Made by a program: the position numbers and the translations under genes. A DNA stretch of 64,000 nt, from the NCBI RefSeq assembly GCF_009914755.1, contig NC_060925.1; one strand, given 5' to 3'. The stretch comes from the human T2T-CHM13v2.0 reference genome, Homo sapiens. The notes beneath the pieces are model-generated. The model was not told where the DNA came from. It did not search any database and saw only the letters and a list, made by a program, of their open reading frames with translations. Of the stretch, positions 45,493-61,616 are shown piece after piece; position 1 is the stretch's first letter; each line of letters begins with the position of its first letter.

Positions 45493-46990
45493 GTATCAAA
45501 TTATCTCATTATTTTCAATAGTAAAAGTTCAGAAATGAGAAAATCATGAAGAATTGATTAAAGAAACTATTATGCAATTGAATACCTTGCAATCATTTAA
45601 AATTGTTTTTAAAGAGTATATAATTACATGGGGGAAATGTACAAAATGTAAGTTTTGAAAGGAATAAAAAATGTTTAAAACCAGATTTAAAAATATATAG
45701 ACAGACCAATTTGCATAGGTAAAAAAGTAAAATGCAAATGGTAACAATGGCTTTTTGATTGTTGTGAATGTTACAGATATTTAAATTTTTCTCTATATGT
45801 CTTTGTTTTCCAAACTTGTAACAATGATTGTTATTGCTTTAGTAAAGAAAAAAAAAGTTATTTTACAATGTTATTTTGGACACATAGTGGGTTAGCCAGA
45901 CAGACAATTTTTCTGGAAAGTTTCCCCAAACTCCCACCCTAAATCCACAGCTTCATGGAGGTAACTCCAGGATCCATGAGTGTACAAAATGACCCTACAC
46001 CCTTGGCTACAGCAAATTGGTCCGTAGGTGGGCATCTGACCAAAGCTAAGCCAATCAGATTACATATGTTGAAAATTTGGAGATTCAAATGATTACCAAA
46101 CCAAGTGTTCCTTTGAATGGAAGAGATACAAACTTGAGAACTGGAGGGTGACTTTTTGTTGTTGTTTTTTTTTGTTTTGTTTTGTTTTGTTTTTGTCTTA
46201 TGGACTAAGTAGTAGAGAAAACTAGTTTTCAGGAATTAAAAAAAAAAAAAGAATGTTGCCAATGTATAGAGAGAAACACAGCAGAGAGATAGCAGCTGCC
46301 AGATTTTCATGACAGATGTGACTCCACTTTTTATCCTTCCTGAGGCCGTGAAGCACCTACCTTATATTCCATGATTCCATGAGATATCCACATGCCTTAT
46401 AAGATTTTTCCTTTTCTCACTTAATCTGAATCAATTTAGCTTTTTTTTTCTCAAAACCAAGAAGTCTATTAATACAATATCTTTGGGAGCATAAGGAGAA
46501 AAGCCACACTCACTAAGAGAGCTTCCAATGATACTAACCCATGAGGACAAGGACTGCATTTCTCAACTCAAGTTTCCATCGCCTAGCCCAGTTTCAAGCA
46601 TGTGGCTGATGCCTGTTACAAGCTTGCTGACTGACAGTCTGGAAGAATGAATGATGTATTGCTATGCCTTTACTCCCCTTGCCCTACATTCCTATTTAAT
46701 AATTAGTAAGAGTTCATCAGAGTTAATGAAAAGGACATATCTGAGTCCCTCTCTGCTCCCTCTTATAGGAAAAGCACTCAATGTAGGTGGCCTGGGAAAT
46801 GTTATCTATGGTTCTACTCCACGTAATATTGTTGATGCTCAAATTCACTTGTAATTAAAGGTTAGGTGTAGCTGAAAACCTCTCCCTAATTGCTTAGGAG
46901 CAAAAAGCCTTCATTTGGAAAACCCAGAAAGTTTCTCATTAAAGAAAAATAATGCAAATTGATGTAGAAAGGTAATCAAATGGTACTTTC

Positions 46991-47299
<309 letters not shown>

Positions 47300-48190
47300 T
47301 CAAATGATACTTTCTATAATTTACTATTCCTTTGCTCAGGCCTTCAAGAACAGCCGTAATGTGCACCTTGCTGCCAGACCACTCTCTATGTTAAACATTA
47401 TGGTGAGTTAGAGATAGAAAAGTGCAGAGCAAATCAATTGAGTCAATGGGATAAAATATGAATGGTACATAAATAGGGTGACTTGTAAACGTTTTGAGTG
47501 TTTTTAAAATGATGAAACCAGGTCAAATTTCTCAAGTTTCCAACAACTCCAAAATCTCACTTTGGAAATGGGAACATATGTTTTAAAGTTGAGAAACCAC
47601 TTGCATTAACAGCATGCCTGAATGTTGTAACAGTGTGAAGTCTTTAAGAAGTTGTCTGACCTACTAAATTTAATTAAGAGTTTTAAAAGGCTTCTGGACA
47701 TTGCATAATGGACTACCTTCAAATTGCCATGTCAGGCTGTTAATTGATGGGTTCCATGGCTAATTTAAAACTCTTCTATCACACCTATGACTTATACAAT
47801 CATATAACTCTGAAGGGAGAAGTTGATAGGACCAATAGCAAGAAAACAGAAACAGTGTGAATCACAGCTATCCAAATATTTCAAGTGCACAGCTTTAACT
47901 CTTTGGGAAATAGACTTGTAATTTTCATTCACAGTCTTTATAAGCTGCAAGTTGACATTTGTGTTAAATTTCTCTTTAGAATCATGAAGATATTCATTAA
48001 GCCTTCGCCACATGCCCAGTGCGGTGCTGAGTACTGGAAATATAACGATGAACAAAAAGGGCAACCTCTGCTCTCACATGGCCTCCCTGATAAATGTCCT
48101 TCAGGTTAGGATCAGAAGGATGAATATGATCATATGAAAAAGGAAAGGAAAGCTGTTCCAAGCCGGGGAGAGCATATCAGAAGACCTGAA

Positions 48191-48710
48191 TGAAACAGTT
48201 TCCTGAGTTACAGTTTTAAACAGTTTTAAACTGTAACTCAAGCTTAAGGGATCTAGTGAAGTACTGCCCCTCCCAAAGTTAACTAATCCTCAGAGACTGC
48301 AAACAACCTACCTGTGAGCATGCCTTTGATATGCAACCCAACCAATCCTGAGTTCACCTATCCCTCTGTCCTAAATTACCATCAGGGTCAGGTACAGCAC
48401 AACAAAGGACCACTCTCTGCAGCCCAGAGCCTGCCAAAATATTCAAACTGGCCAATCCTAAATCTACGTACCCTGCCTTGCCTATTTCCCTTCAAAAAAC
48501 ACAACAAAGGCCGGTGCCCATGTTTTCCCCTCACTCCTGCATCCTGACCACCCTGGCACTTTCCCATGTGGCCCAGCATATTGTGGCGTGCTCCCTCCTC
48601 TTGGGAACCGTGAATAACAAACTATCTTTGCAACAGCAGTCATCTCCTGATCTGTTGGCCTCACCATAGCTGAATAAAAACAAAACTATGAATACATGTT
48701 AAAGCAGTAC
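48191..48710. mobile_element. LTR (MER21-like)
   Basis: gcccagagcctgccaaaatattcaaactggccaatcctaa and ctcctgatctgttggcctcacc resemble the recalled MER21 consensus. Confidence 0.55.
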
Positions 48711-48869
48711 CTAACTCATAAGTTATCACAGAATAATCAAAATGGACAAAAAGTTATCAGGATAAACACTGATGAGAGAAATATTAGTAAATATACTACT
48801 AAAAAGGTTTTTAATACAAAACTGCAAAAAAGGTTCTTAGGGAAATGTCATGCATAAGAAAGAGTGGCG

Positions 48870-50185
48870 CTCATTCATTCAACATATACTTATTGAGCAT
48901 GCTATGTGCCAGGGACTAAACTAGGTACTTGGATGCAATAGTGAACAAAACAAAGATCCCAGTCCTTGTGGAGCTTATATTCTAGTGGGGGAAGACAGAA
49001 GACAGGTGGAACAAAAAACCATAAAGTATATAAATACAAAAATATAATGAGGGCTAAGGAAAAAGATTTGCAGGAACAAAGTGGTCAGCGTGGGCTTCAT
49101 GGAGAAGGTGGCACTTGATTAAAGACTTGAAGGAGATGAAGGCCATTTGGGTATCTGAGGGAAGAGCCTTCCAGGCAGAAGATGCAGCTAATGAAAGGCC
49201 CTAAGATGGGATCGTGTGTGGCTGAGCTAGAACACTGTGGCTCAAACAAGGTGAAGGAGGTGGAGAGGGCTGACCAGATTAGAAAAGTGACAAGGTTGGG
49301 AAGGTAAGACCGGTTTTGGGGGAAGGGAAATTTGTGCTGGGACTTTTGGTTCATTTTAAGCACTTTGGCTTTCACTCTGAATGAGATGGAGACCCACTGG
49401 AGGGTTTTGAGAAGAGAAATGACCCAATCTTAGTGAGGTTTTTAAAGGATAATTTTGGATCCTGTGTTGAGAATATAAAATAGAGTACAAGGGTGGAAGA
49501 AAGCACCCCTTTGGGACAACTACTGAACTAATCCAGGCAACAGGTGATGGGCTCTCAAACTGGAATGGTAGCAGTGAAGAAGGCAAGAAGTGAGCAGAGT
49601 TTAGATAATTTTGAAGGTTGAGTCAACAGAATTTCATGACACATTGGATGCAAAATATGAAAGAGTCAGGAATAATGACAAGGTTTTTGTTAAACAAGTG
49701 GAAGGAGGAAGTTTCCATCAACAAAGATGAAAATGACTGTTATGAAGAGACAAATATAGATGTCTGGAGACAAGAGAGAGGTTCATGTTGATAATATAAA
49801 TTAAGGAGTTGTCATCATATAGATATTTAAAGTCATGAGATGGGTTGAGAGTGACTGCAAATGGAGAAGAGAGCTGATACCTCTGCAGAACACTTTTCCT
49901 CTACCCTGCAATGTCAACTCCTCTATCTCTTTCATGTCATTGCTCAAATGTCACCTCGGTGCAACCTGTCCCCTCTACCTGACCTCATAATTATCTGTAT
50001 ATCCTGCTCTTTTTAAAGCCAACCACTTATCATCTTCTAACATACTATTTAACTCACTTACTTATGTTTATTATTTATTTTCCACTTGCCCATGCTAGAA
50101 TGTAAGCTCCATGAGGGCAGAGATTTGTATTTTTATTTTTGTTCACTGTTGTATTCCAGGTACCTAGAACAGTACCAGCTTATAG
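48870..50185. mobile_element. L2 fragments
   Basis: cattcattcaacatatacttattgagc...ctatgtgccagg and tagaatgtaagctccatgagggcag L2 3'-end motifs. Confidence 0.75.
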
Positions 50186-50188
50186 TAA

Positions 50189-50507
<319 letters not shown>

Positions 50508-50594
50508 CCGTAGGGTGCATTTTCTATGGGCCTCTTAGCGGCCCATCAATCCAGTATTGATCCTGGTTCTTCCGGTAAACTAGGAAAGAGATGA

Positions 50595-50845
50595 TAACAG
50601 CTTAAGTTGATCGAGTGCTCACTCTGTGCCAGACACCGTTCTAACAGCATCACATGTACGTATATCATTTAATTCTCACAGTAACCCTCTGAGATGAGTG
50701 TTATCATTTGCCTCATCATAGGGGAGGAAGCTGAGACACAGAAAGGTTAAGGTTTATGTCCAGCGCCACACAGCCTCGGAGAGGCAGAGTTGGCATATCA
50801 ACCCAGACAGTCTGGAAGCAGTCTGTGTTCTTCCCCTCTACGCTC
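50595..50845. mobile_element. MIR
   Basis: tcatttaattctcacagtaaccct...gaggaagctgagacacagaaaggttaag MIR core. Confidence 0.75.
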
Positions 50846-51901
50846 TATACCCCTTAGAAGCACAGGCATTCAGGGAGTAAATCTCGATGTGACTCTAGAT
50901 GCTAGATATCATGACCAGTATTTGCTGAAGGTGCAAATGGCCTCCTCTTGGCATCATCCCCGATGACTTGAATGATTGTTGAGAATATTTTCTATTCATG
51001 GAATTTTAAAAGATCAAGTTAGTAAAGATTTGTTCCAATATTTTAACATTTCTTTGCTTTTTCTCATTGGTAAGAAAGAAAAAAACTATTTTCCCCAGCA
51101 TTCACCTGGAGAATATTAATGTATTTCCTTCAATAAATTACTTTCCCAAATAAAATCCTTGCTTTGATCATTTTTGCATTAATGGGAAAATACATTTTTA
51201 AGGGAAGCCCAATCCTGATATTAATAATAATACTAAATTGAATATATATTATAGGGTAACTAATTGAATATATATACCTTGGAAGTATTTTTTTGGCTAT
51301 GAGAAATAAGTGGTGTAATGTGCTCAGCAGAACTTATTTCTAAAAAATGGAAATAGGTTAAATTGGTCTTTCCAGTGCTGTTTGGATATTTTTATTGCTA
51401 CACTAGTGGGAGATTTTATATAGTTCTTTCCTTCTGTGTTCATCTTCCATGATGATTAAAAATTTAAATAAGTTTGCCAGAAGGTCTGTTTGGCAGCTGT
51501 CGTGCCTATTAAATAGAGTGCATCCTTAGAGCATTTCATTCACTGCTAAAAGGAAAGGATTTTAGAGAAAAATAACCTAAGTTCCTGGGGGTTGAGGAAG
51601 TCACACATGCTTCAAGTGATAGCTAAGATGCAATGGATTCGTTGTGAATAGGTATCACTATAATCAGCAAGAACCTTGGGTCTAATTATAACATTGTGAT
51701 CCAAACTTCTTTGGTTGTGGTGAATCTAACTAAGACAGCAGTTGATGTGTCTACCTTTCTCTGTGACTTCTTAAATTCTGAATTCAACAAGGGCATGTTC
51801 AAAGTGAAAAACTCCGGTACCTCAATACTTGGCACATGTGAAATATCTAGATATCACAGAGCTAGTTATTGCTTGATTGTTTTGAGAGCATGCAAGTACA
51901 C

Positions 51902-52296
51902 TTTTTCTTATTTATTTTATTTTTTTTGAGACGAGGTCTTGCTCCATTGCCCAGGCAGAGGTTGCAGTGAGCTGAGATTGTGCCACTACACTCCAGCCTG
52001 GGCAACAGAGCGAGACTCCATCTCAAAAAAAAAAAAAAGACATGCGATCGTGCAGTGGCACAATCATGGTTCACTGCAGGCTTAACCTCCCTGGCTCAAG
52101 GAATCCTCTTCCCCTAGCCTCCCAAGTAACTGGGATTCAGGCATATGCCAGCACACCCAGCTAATTTTTTATTTTTTTGTAGAGATGGGGGTCTCACTAT
52201 GTTGCCCACGCTAGTCTCAAACTGGGGCTCAAGCAATCCTCCTGCCTTGGCCTCCCAAAGTGCTGAGATTATTGGCATGAGCCGCCATGCCTAGCC
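51902..52296 (-). mobile_element. AluJ interrupted by an inverted Alu segment (51953-52049)
   Basis: Antisense Alu breaks after CCCAGGC and resumes at GTGCAGTGGC (52050). Confidence 0.9.
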
Positions 52297-52305
52297 TGCA
52301 AGTAG

Positions 52306-52672
<367 letters not shown>

Positions 52673-53593
52673 ACTATTGTCATATTTATCAGAGGAATAA
52701 GAAGTGCTATTCACTCTGCAGAAGGGCACTATAAGTGCACATAGGAATTGTCGAAATAGTTATCCTATATCTGAGCTCTTCAGGTATAAGTAGTATATAA
52801 TTACTATTAAGAAAAATTATAACATTAGTATCATATATAACTAGTGTTTTTAATTATCACTAATATTGAAGGTATTTATACAAGGAAAGTATTTAAACTG
52901 AGGCTGAATTAGCTAGCTAAGAATTACCTAAAGAGCTTTTTTAAAATGCAGAGTACTGGGAAACATTCTCAAATATTCTGATTCAATTGGCTACAGCGGG
53001 GCCTAGGAATCTGGATTTCTAAAGGTATATCAAGCTGATTTTGATATGTATTCATGTATAAGAGCCAGAGTTCAAAGACATTCATATAGTCCTATCATAG
53101 ATTCTTAGTCCCTAGCCACTGCTAAGATCATAAGCAATTTGAGATAGATTGTCTTACATATCGTTATATCCCCCTCAATGCCCAGCACATAAAGGTTTGT
53201 TGTTTGTTTGAAGTGCATTGCTTTGACATGGGAAAGTCATGCCTCGAAGTGAACACATTGTCAATAGAAATCTTCATCCCCTTTGCACAAAGCGATCTGT
53301 TAGGTAGGTGAGTGAGTCAGTTATTTCCCACCACAATCACCCCATGGGAGAGAGTTTGGACTTGAGAGTCAGAGCTGGGTATAGGCATTGACTCTTGCCC
53401 TTGACTACTTGTAATACTTAACCTCTTTCATCCTGTTTCTTCATCTGTTAAATGGGTATAATACCAACCACATAAGATCATTGTAAGGATTAAGTGACAA
53501 AATGTGTTAGATTCTTGCTACAAATAATGTGCTAAATATATGTAAACTGTCTACATTATGTCTTTATATTCTTCTGTGTGGAGCTGAAAATCA

Positions 53594-53864
<271 letters not shown>

Positions 53865-53874
53865 ATTATCATCA

Positions 53875-54712
53875 GCAGTAACATTGTGACAAATGGCCAC
53901 AAACTTGGTGACTTGAAATCATAGAAAGGTATTCTCTCACAGTTTTGCCGGCCAGAAGTCTGAAATGGAGGTGTTGTCTAAGCCATGCTTCTTCTGAAGG
54001 CTCTAGCAAATAATCACTGCCTTTTCTAACTTCTGGTAGCTCTTGGTGGCTTACTGCCTTTTCTAGCTTCTGGTAGCTCCTGATGGTCTTTGGCTTGTGG
54101 CAACATGCATTAGTCTGTTTTCATGCTACTGATAAAAATATACCCCAGACTGTGTAATTTATAAAGGAAAGAGATTTAATTGACTCACAGTCCCACATAG
54201 CTGGGGAGGCCTCACAATCATGGCACAAGATGAAGGAGGAGCAAAGGAATGTATTACATGGCAGCCAGCAAAGAGAGAGAACTTGTGCAGGGAAACTCCC
54301 CTTTATAAAACCATCGGACCTTGTGAGATTTATTCACCAGAACAGCACAGGAGAGACCCCCCCCCATCCATGAAATAATTACCTCCCACTGGGCTCCTCC
54401 CACAACACGTGGGAATTGTAGGAGCTACAAGTCAAGATGAGATTTGGGTGGGACACAGCCAAACCATATCACAGCACAACTCCAATTTCTGCCTCTATCT
54501 TCACATGACCTTCTTCTCTGTGTCTCTTTGTATCCTCTCCGCTTCTTACAAGGACATCAATTTTTGGATTTAGGGCCATTCGAAATCAGGGATGATTTCA
54601 TCTCAAGATCTTTAACCAATTACATCTGCAAAGACCCTATTTCCAAACAAGGTCACAATCTGAGGTTTGGGGTGGACATAAATTTTGAGGAGACACTATT
54701 CAACCCACTGCA
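53875..54712 (-). mobile_element. MLT1 LTR interrupted by a THE1 solo LTR (54106-54471)
   Basis: THE1 termini tgcattagtctgttttcatgct...cacagccaaaccatatca with caaca/cagca flanks; MLT1 motif tacatctgcaaagaccctatttccaaa downstream. Confidence 0.82.
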
Positions 54713-55000
54713 CTAACCATTTGTGATACAGATTGCTAAATATCCCCCCACTCCATTTATTCTTTCTTTCTTACTTAGTAATATAAACCTCAATTCTTAG
54801 TTAAACACAGGGCTATCCAAAGTAAAGATTTCATTTCCCATCCTCACAACTAAGAGTATGATCATGTGACTACATTCTGGCCAATAAGATGTAATCAGAA
54901 GTATAGTGTGAATCCCTAAAGAGAAGAAACATGCTCTTCTACCCTCTTACTCTTTCTTGTTTCCTGGAATGTAGATGTAGTGGCTTGACTTAAGCAGCTA

Positions 55001-55362
<362 letters not shown>

Positions 55363-58300
55363 AGCTGCCCTATTCTGGGCTGTCTTTTACTGAACTTTGT
55401 GTAACAAAGAAATAAATTTGTCTTATATAAGTCTCGTTTGTATAAGTCACTGTTGTTTAGGACTTTTCTGCCACATTTCTGCTGGACCTAATCTCAACAA
55501 GTATATTATCTGTCTTCTGTTACAAAATGGATTTGAGGTTTAAAACCTCAGAAGAAAACATTAGAATTGCATTGAGCTTTTTTTTTTTTTTTTTGTAGTG
55601 ATCATTTTAATAAAAATCTCTGTGGTTCCAAATAATCAGCCCTCCATCTCGGGGTCTCATTTTCATTATAACCATACTAACTTAGTTAATAATTTAGTAA
55701 AACTTTATGTTATAGTTACTGTTTCTGTTTACTTTCTAACTTCCTTGTTATGAGACAAGCCAAATAAAATAATTTTCATGCTATGCCTCTAGCTCTCTAC
55801 TTGGTTGGGCCATGGCATTGCCAAAATCCAAGAATGCCATTCACAGTGTAGCATTCTCAGGGCACCATTGCAATGTGAACAGTGTCCCCTGGAGGTGTGC
55901 AATATAGTAGCCCTGCTGCTAGGCTCCATGCATGATGGGGAAAATTTAAAAAGCAGAAGATGGGTATGATCCTATAAATTTAACCATGTTTAGCTTTTCA
56001 ACTGTATGTCAGTATCACATTCTTGAAAATAATCACTCAGGGCTCAATTGCAGACAACAATATTCACTCCAGATAGTTTAAGAAGAAAGGAATGACTTAC
56101 TGGATTAACAGGATGGCCTGGGCTATACTGTGGCAACCAACAGCCTCCAAATCTCATTCTATAAAAGAAATAAAGGTTTATTTCTCACATTATACTATGT
56201 GAACATTGTGGGTTTATTGGGGATTCCATTTTGTAGCATCCTCATTCCAAGTTAAAGGAGCAACCACTTTCTGGTAAATTGCTGTTACCCATGGTAGAAA
56301 GAGAGGGATGAATTGTGCACTGTTTCTTGAAGCTTGCATCCAGAAAGCACACTTTTGTTCTCATTTCATTGGCTCAAGCAAATCAGATAGCCAAAATCAA
56401 TTCCAAAGCGGCAGATGGAGCAATCCTACCATGTGCCTAGAAAACAGAAAACCAGAAATATATTTGATAAACAGCACTAATGACTTCTTTGCTTACCCAA
56501 GCCCTAGAAGGACTGGAGGAGGGACATCTAGGTTGAACTTCCACAAACAACTCTCAGAACAATACTGCAGAACTGACCCATCAAGGATGCTGCTGCCTCT
56601 TCTAAGACTGGGAAGCTACAGCCGTGACAACTGATTCTACCACCACACAGCCTCAGCCTCGTTATTTCTGAAACACTCTCTTTCTTAGGGTTCCGAGCCA
56701 CATTATCAACCTCCAAATACCCACAGGGGTAAGGACCAGATACTGGAACCTTGGCTACCACTGCTACAGAAAGATAAATGACCTCTGGGGAAAATTGGCA
56801 GACATATGCTCTCATTTTACAAGAGCCATTTTCATCTTCCAGTTTTTGTGTAATATACCTCTGTGGTAGAAGTGAGGCTACATATGGAAAATGAGATGTA
56901 AGGAAGTCTGAAACACGGAGGCTTGAGCTTTCCAGACTTGATTGTTCAGTAAGGCATTGTACAGGGAGGTTGGAATGGAGACAGACATTCTATATTACTT
57001 TTCGTGCATTCAATATTCCTTATCTTTCATACATTCTTTCATCCATCTTTTCGTTTGTTCTTTCATCTGATACTGAATGAATTTTTACTGTTTCTAGACA
57101 CAGTACTAGATGGTTGGCAGGGGATGTTCAGTGAGGAGGCATGTCAGGGAAAGAAAGAAATAATGACATGCTTTGAAATTATGTCTAAGAACATTTCCAG
57201 ATCAAATTTAGCAATCCATGGACCTAAACTTGGAAACAAGTTTGAATGGAGGTGTGGAAACACATCTTTTTTACACATACCACAGGAAGTTGGTTTTTTA
57301 AAAATCACCCAAAATTAAATACTTTAAAGTGTGTAGAAATCAAAAGGTTTACATATCCAGAGGGGAGTAACGGTTAGTAAAGTACTTGAGTGGGAGTTGG
57401 GAGACAAAAAGCACTTAGCAGATTAGTTCCTTGTAAATACTAACTGGTACCTTTAGGGTTTTTCCTATTATAAGCAATGAAATACATGACATTCAGTTTA
57501 ATTAGCTGTATAAATAGCACCAGGAGAACAAGTTAAGCCTCTTGTTCACCACCAAGACGACAGTAGTATTCACTTGAGAATGCAAAAATGCTTATAAAAT
57601 TTTAGAACCCTATGAACATATCTACTCTGTTGAATGAAAAACCACAGCTGTCCAAGCATCATTATTCTTCACACTGAGAAAGTATTCCCGCTCTTCTTCT
57701 TCTCATCCCCCTTCCCCACCCCTGTACACCTATACTGGCATCCCACAGCCTACCAGCAGCTCTGCAGTGAATTGTAACATCAGTTATGTGAGTTAGTTTT
57801 CTTTTGGAGATGGAAAAATTACTGACTGAAAACCATTGCATCATCCATTTAAACTCTCATTCTCAACTAGCTCCTTTTTTGTTAGTACTAACACATGATC
57901 AAGTCTTTCACTGTAAAAAAAAAAAAAAAGAAAGAAAAACCAAACCTTCCTCCCACTCCCATGTTCCCCTTGAGCCCCACCTTATCTCTCCCTTCCCATC
58001 ACAGCCACACTGCTTGACATGTGCTTGCAATGATGACTGTCCGGACCCCCTTACCTCCCTCTCACTCCTCAGCCCACAGTTACATAATTCATTCCCCACC
58101 ATTCTACTAAAACCATCCTTGGCAAGGCCATCACATTTTCCCTGGGATCCAGTGGACACTTTTCTGTTCTTATTTTTCTTGGCCTCTCAACAGATTTCAA
58201 ACTGTTGGAATCCTTCTTTCTTTTAGAAACTCTTTCCTTGGCTCCCAAGAATCTATGTCCTCCTGATTTTCTTCCTACCTCTGGTAGTTCATCCTCAGTC

Positions 58301-61147
58301 CATTTGGAGATATAATAAAATGCTAAATGAGACTCACCCTGATGTCTCAAATTTAAGCTGCAAACAAATGACATGGACCCCCACATTAAAAAGAGAAGCA
58401 TAAAGAGTGGACAGATCTTGTCCTGTGCCCCTTTGCTCACTTAGGGATTCACTGGAAGATTTCTTGAAAGAGAGCTGCTGGCCAAGTATGGAGTGCTGTG
58501 GCTTATTTCTGTTCAAATAGAGGAGGTAAGGGGTGTGCTACTCCACTCGAAGCCAAATGAGAGAGGCAAAAGTGAAGACTCAGAGAAGCTTAGGGTTGGT
58601 GTTTTCCACAAATAAACACTGGCCTCTTACTTTTAGTTAGATGATTGCTGAAATGCAAAAACTCCTTAGCCCACCTTCAGGCTCTTATTAGAGCCAAACA
58701 TAAAATTTTGGAGAGCCTGGCATGGCCTTCAAAGAGTTTAGGAGTCAATGATAAAGACAGAAGCTGGCTGAAAAGGCTCTGTCAGTGGAGCGAGCAGGAA
58801 GATGGGGAGAGACGATGGGAGCAGCCTATGTTCCCAGGGTTTGGAATTTTCCCTTGAGGTCACCTGGACCATGTGGAGATATGATAGTCATCAGAGCTGT
58901 TTAAAAATATTCTAATACTTCTCTCTATCTGAGCCTGTGGATTGTCCATCAACATGTGACCAGAGGGTAACTCTTTCAAGTTAGCCTTGCATATGTGACC
59001 AGCTTTGGCTCATGAAATGTGGGCAGAAAAAGAAGTATCACTTCAGGGTAGGAGCTTGAAGATCCAGCGTAGGATTCACTGTGGTTTTTTCCACCTGCTA
59101 TGGTTATCACAGCATTAGTCAAGAGGCATTCTCTATCATCCTAGGTCCCTGAACGACTACAATAAGCAGAACCTTGCTGCTAACCTGAAATGTACAGCTA
59201 GCATGAATGAGAGTGAGTATCTACTGAAATTTAGGAGCAAGTGGCATAACCTAGCCCATCCTGATTAATAAAGGAAGGCAGCATGATCTTGCAAGGATCC
59301 TACCCAAGAAGTGGACCATGTAGGAGCTAGTGACTCCAGCAAGAAAAATTAAAAGGTGGAAATTGTGGGGAATGGTAAGAAGCCAGTTAGATAATGAATT
59401 TTTTAAGTCAAGGAAGAGTAGAGGTCCCCAAAAGTTTTGGGGGAAGATCAGTAACAAGCATCCTTAGAGAGCTCACAAGGTCCCCCACGAGAGGAAAGTC
59501 ATTTTATCATTGGTCATGGCAGAGGACATCTGACAGCCAACTGCAAAAGAAATGTTTTTTCCATGTTTTCTCTTATCATACCTTCCTATCTTAACCTGGA
59601 GGGAACCAAGAGCAAGAGAGGAATGGGGGAAAATACGGACCAAAAAAGTGAAAGAATAGAACATAACCCTTTCCACTCCATGACTGGGAGCCTGGATCGG
59701 GCTCAAGCTAGAGGAAGGAAGAAAGTTTGGACTGGATGTGAGATAAAAGTTTTAATTTAGATTGGTCTGAATGTTTTAGTATATGAAAATGGGACTATTT
59801 GCATACCAATACATTGACAAAAATTAATGGATTGCGCTCAAGATATTTTCCCCAGGTATAATGGTTTTAATGCAATGATGGAAGAAAAAGAAAGCTATTT
59901 TCTAAGTATACCTTACCAAATGCAACAAATTCAATAAACAAGCTCTAATTCCTTTGAGAAAAACAGAACCTTAAATGTAGGTAGTCCTCAGAGTTTTATT
60001 CCAGGCTCTCATCTCACGGGCTGCTTTCGTATATTTACATGACTGCAAATTTCTGTGGCTATGCCTTTCCCCAAACCTGTTTTTCAGGCACAGGCCACTG
60101 TCCTGCCTGAGTTATAGAGCTGATATACATAATTGCCTACTGGGCACTGATACTTGGATAGCTCATAGGAATTCATACCAACTGGACTCATTATCATCTA
60201 CCTGTGGTCTCCTAAACCCGTTCCCCCTCAGGGTTCCCTTTCTCTTTTCATTACCCAAGGTGGAAATGTTCACTTTTTGCCCCTGCATGGCTCCTAATAT
60301 TCAATCACCAAGTCCTAACTACCCTCCCTTCTAAGTATGTCTCAAATCTGTTCATTTCTCCACATCCCCACTGTGACTACATTGGCCTGAGTCATCTTCA
60401 TCTCTCATTTGAAGAACTGCAGTGCTCTCCATCTGGACTCTGCTTCTAGTCCCACTGAATTCTAATGTATACTTTTCATTGCAACTACCAGTGATCCCTA
60501 TAAAATGAGCCATTCATTCAACAAATATGTATTTCATACCTACTGTGTGTCAGGACCTGTGTTAAGCTTTGGGGGTAGGTGCAGAGCACAAAACAGAGTC
60601 CTGGTCCTCATATTTATTTATTTATTTATTTTCAGACCCTGTGTTCAGCAAAATGAGCAGAAGGCAACTATTAAACGATCAAAATGACCCATAGCATGGG
60701 TCAACAAAGGATTTTAAAATCTGTAATTATGTAGTTAATTATACTTGGAACTTTTCTGGGTATGATATATGTTTCTGTGTTATATTAACAGAAATACTGG
60801 TATTAAGTTAGTGTGTTTAGAAGAATGCGTTTTGACTAATAAAGACTTAAACAAGATAAATAGATATGAAGTGTTTACATTTTACAACCACATAATTGAG
60901 ATAAACTAAGCATTTGGGAATTTGACAACATAGAGCCAGGGGTCTTCCTAAGACTCCACTGCGCCAGCAACATTCCCAGCTGTCTCGGTTACAGGCTCAC
61001 ATCCCCTTCCCCGCATGGGAATGATGGCACAGGGAGAAGAGCCACATGCAAGTGAAGTCAACTATCATAAGGGATGGAATGATCTCCAGAAATTTCTAGG
61101 GATTGAAGACCTGTTATAGCTCCCACAGATTTGATCGCAACTAGTGT

Positions 61148-61616
<469 letters not shown>

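Noticed and set aside
50900-51860. Repeat-poor AT-rich block and scattered TGAGTCA (AP-1) motifs as possible enhancers
   Set aside because: Cannot be supported without conservation or chromatin data; isolated 7-mers are expected by chance.
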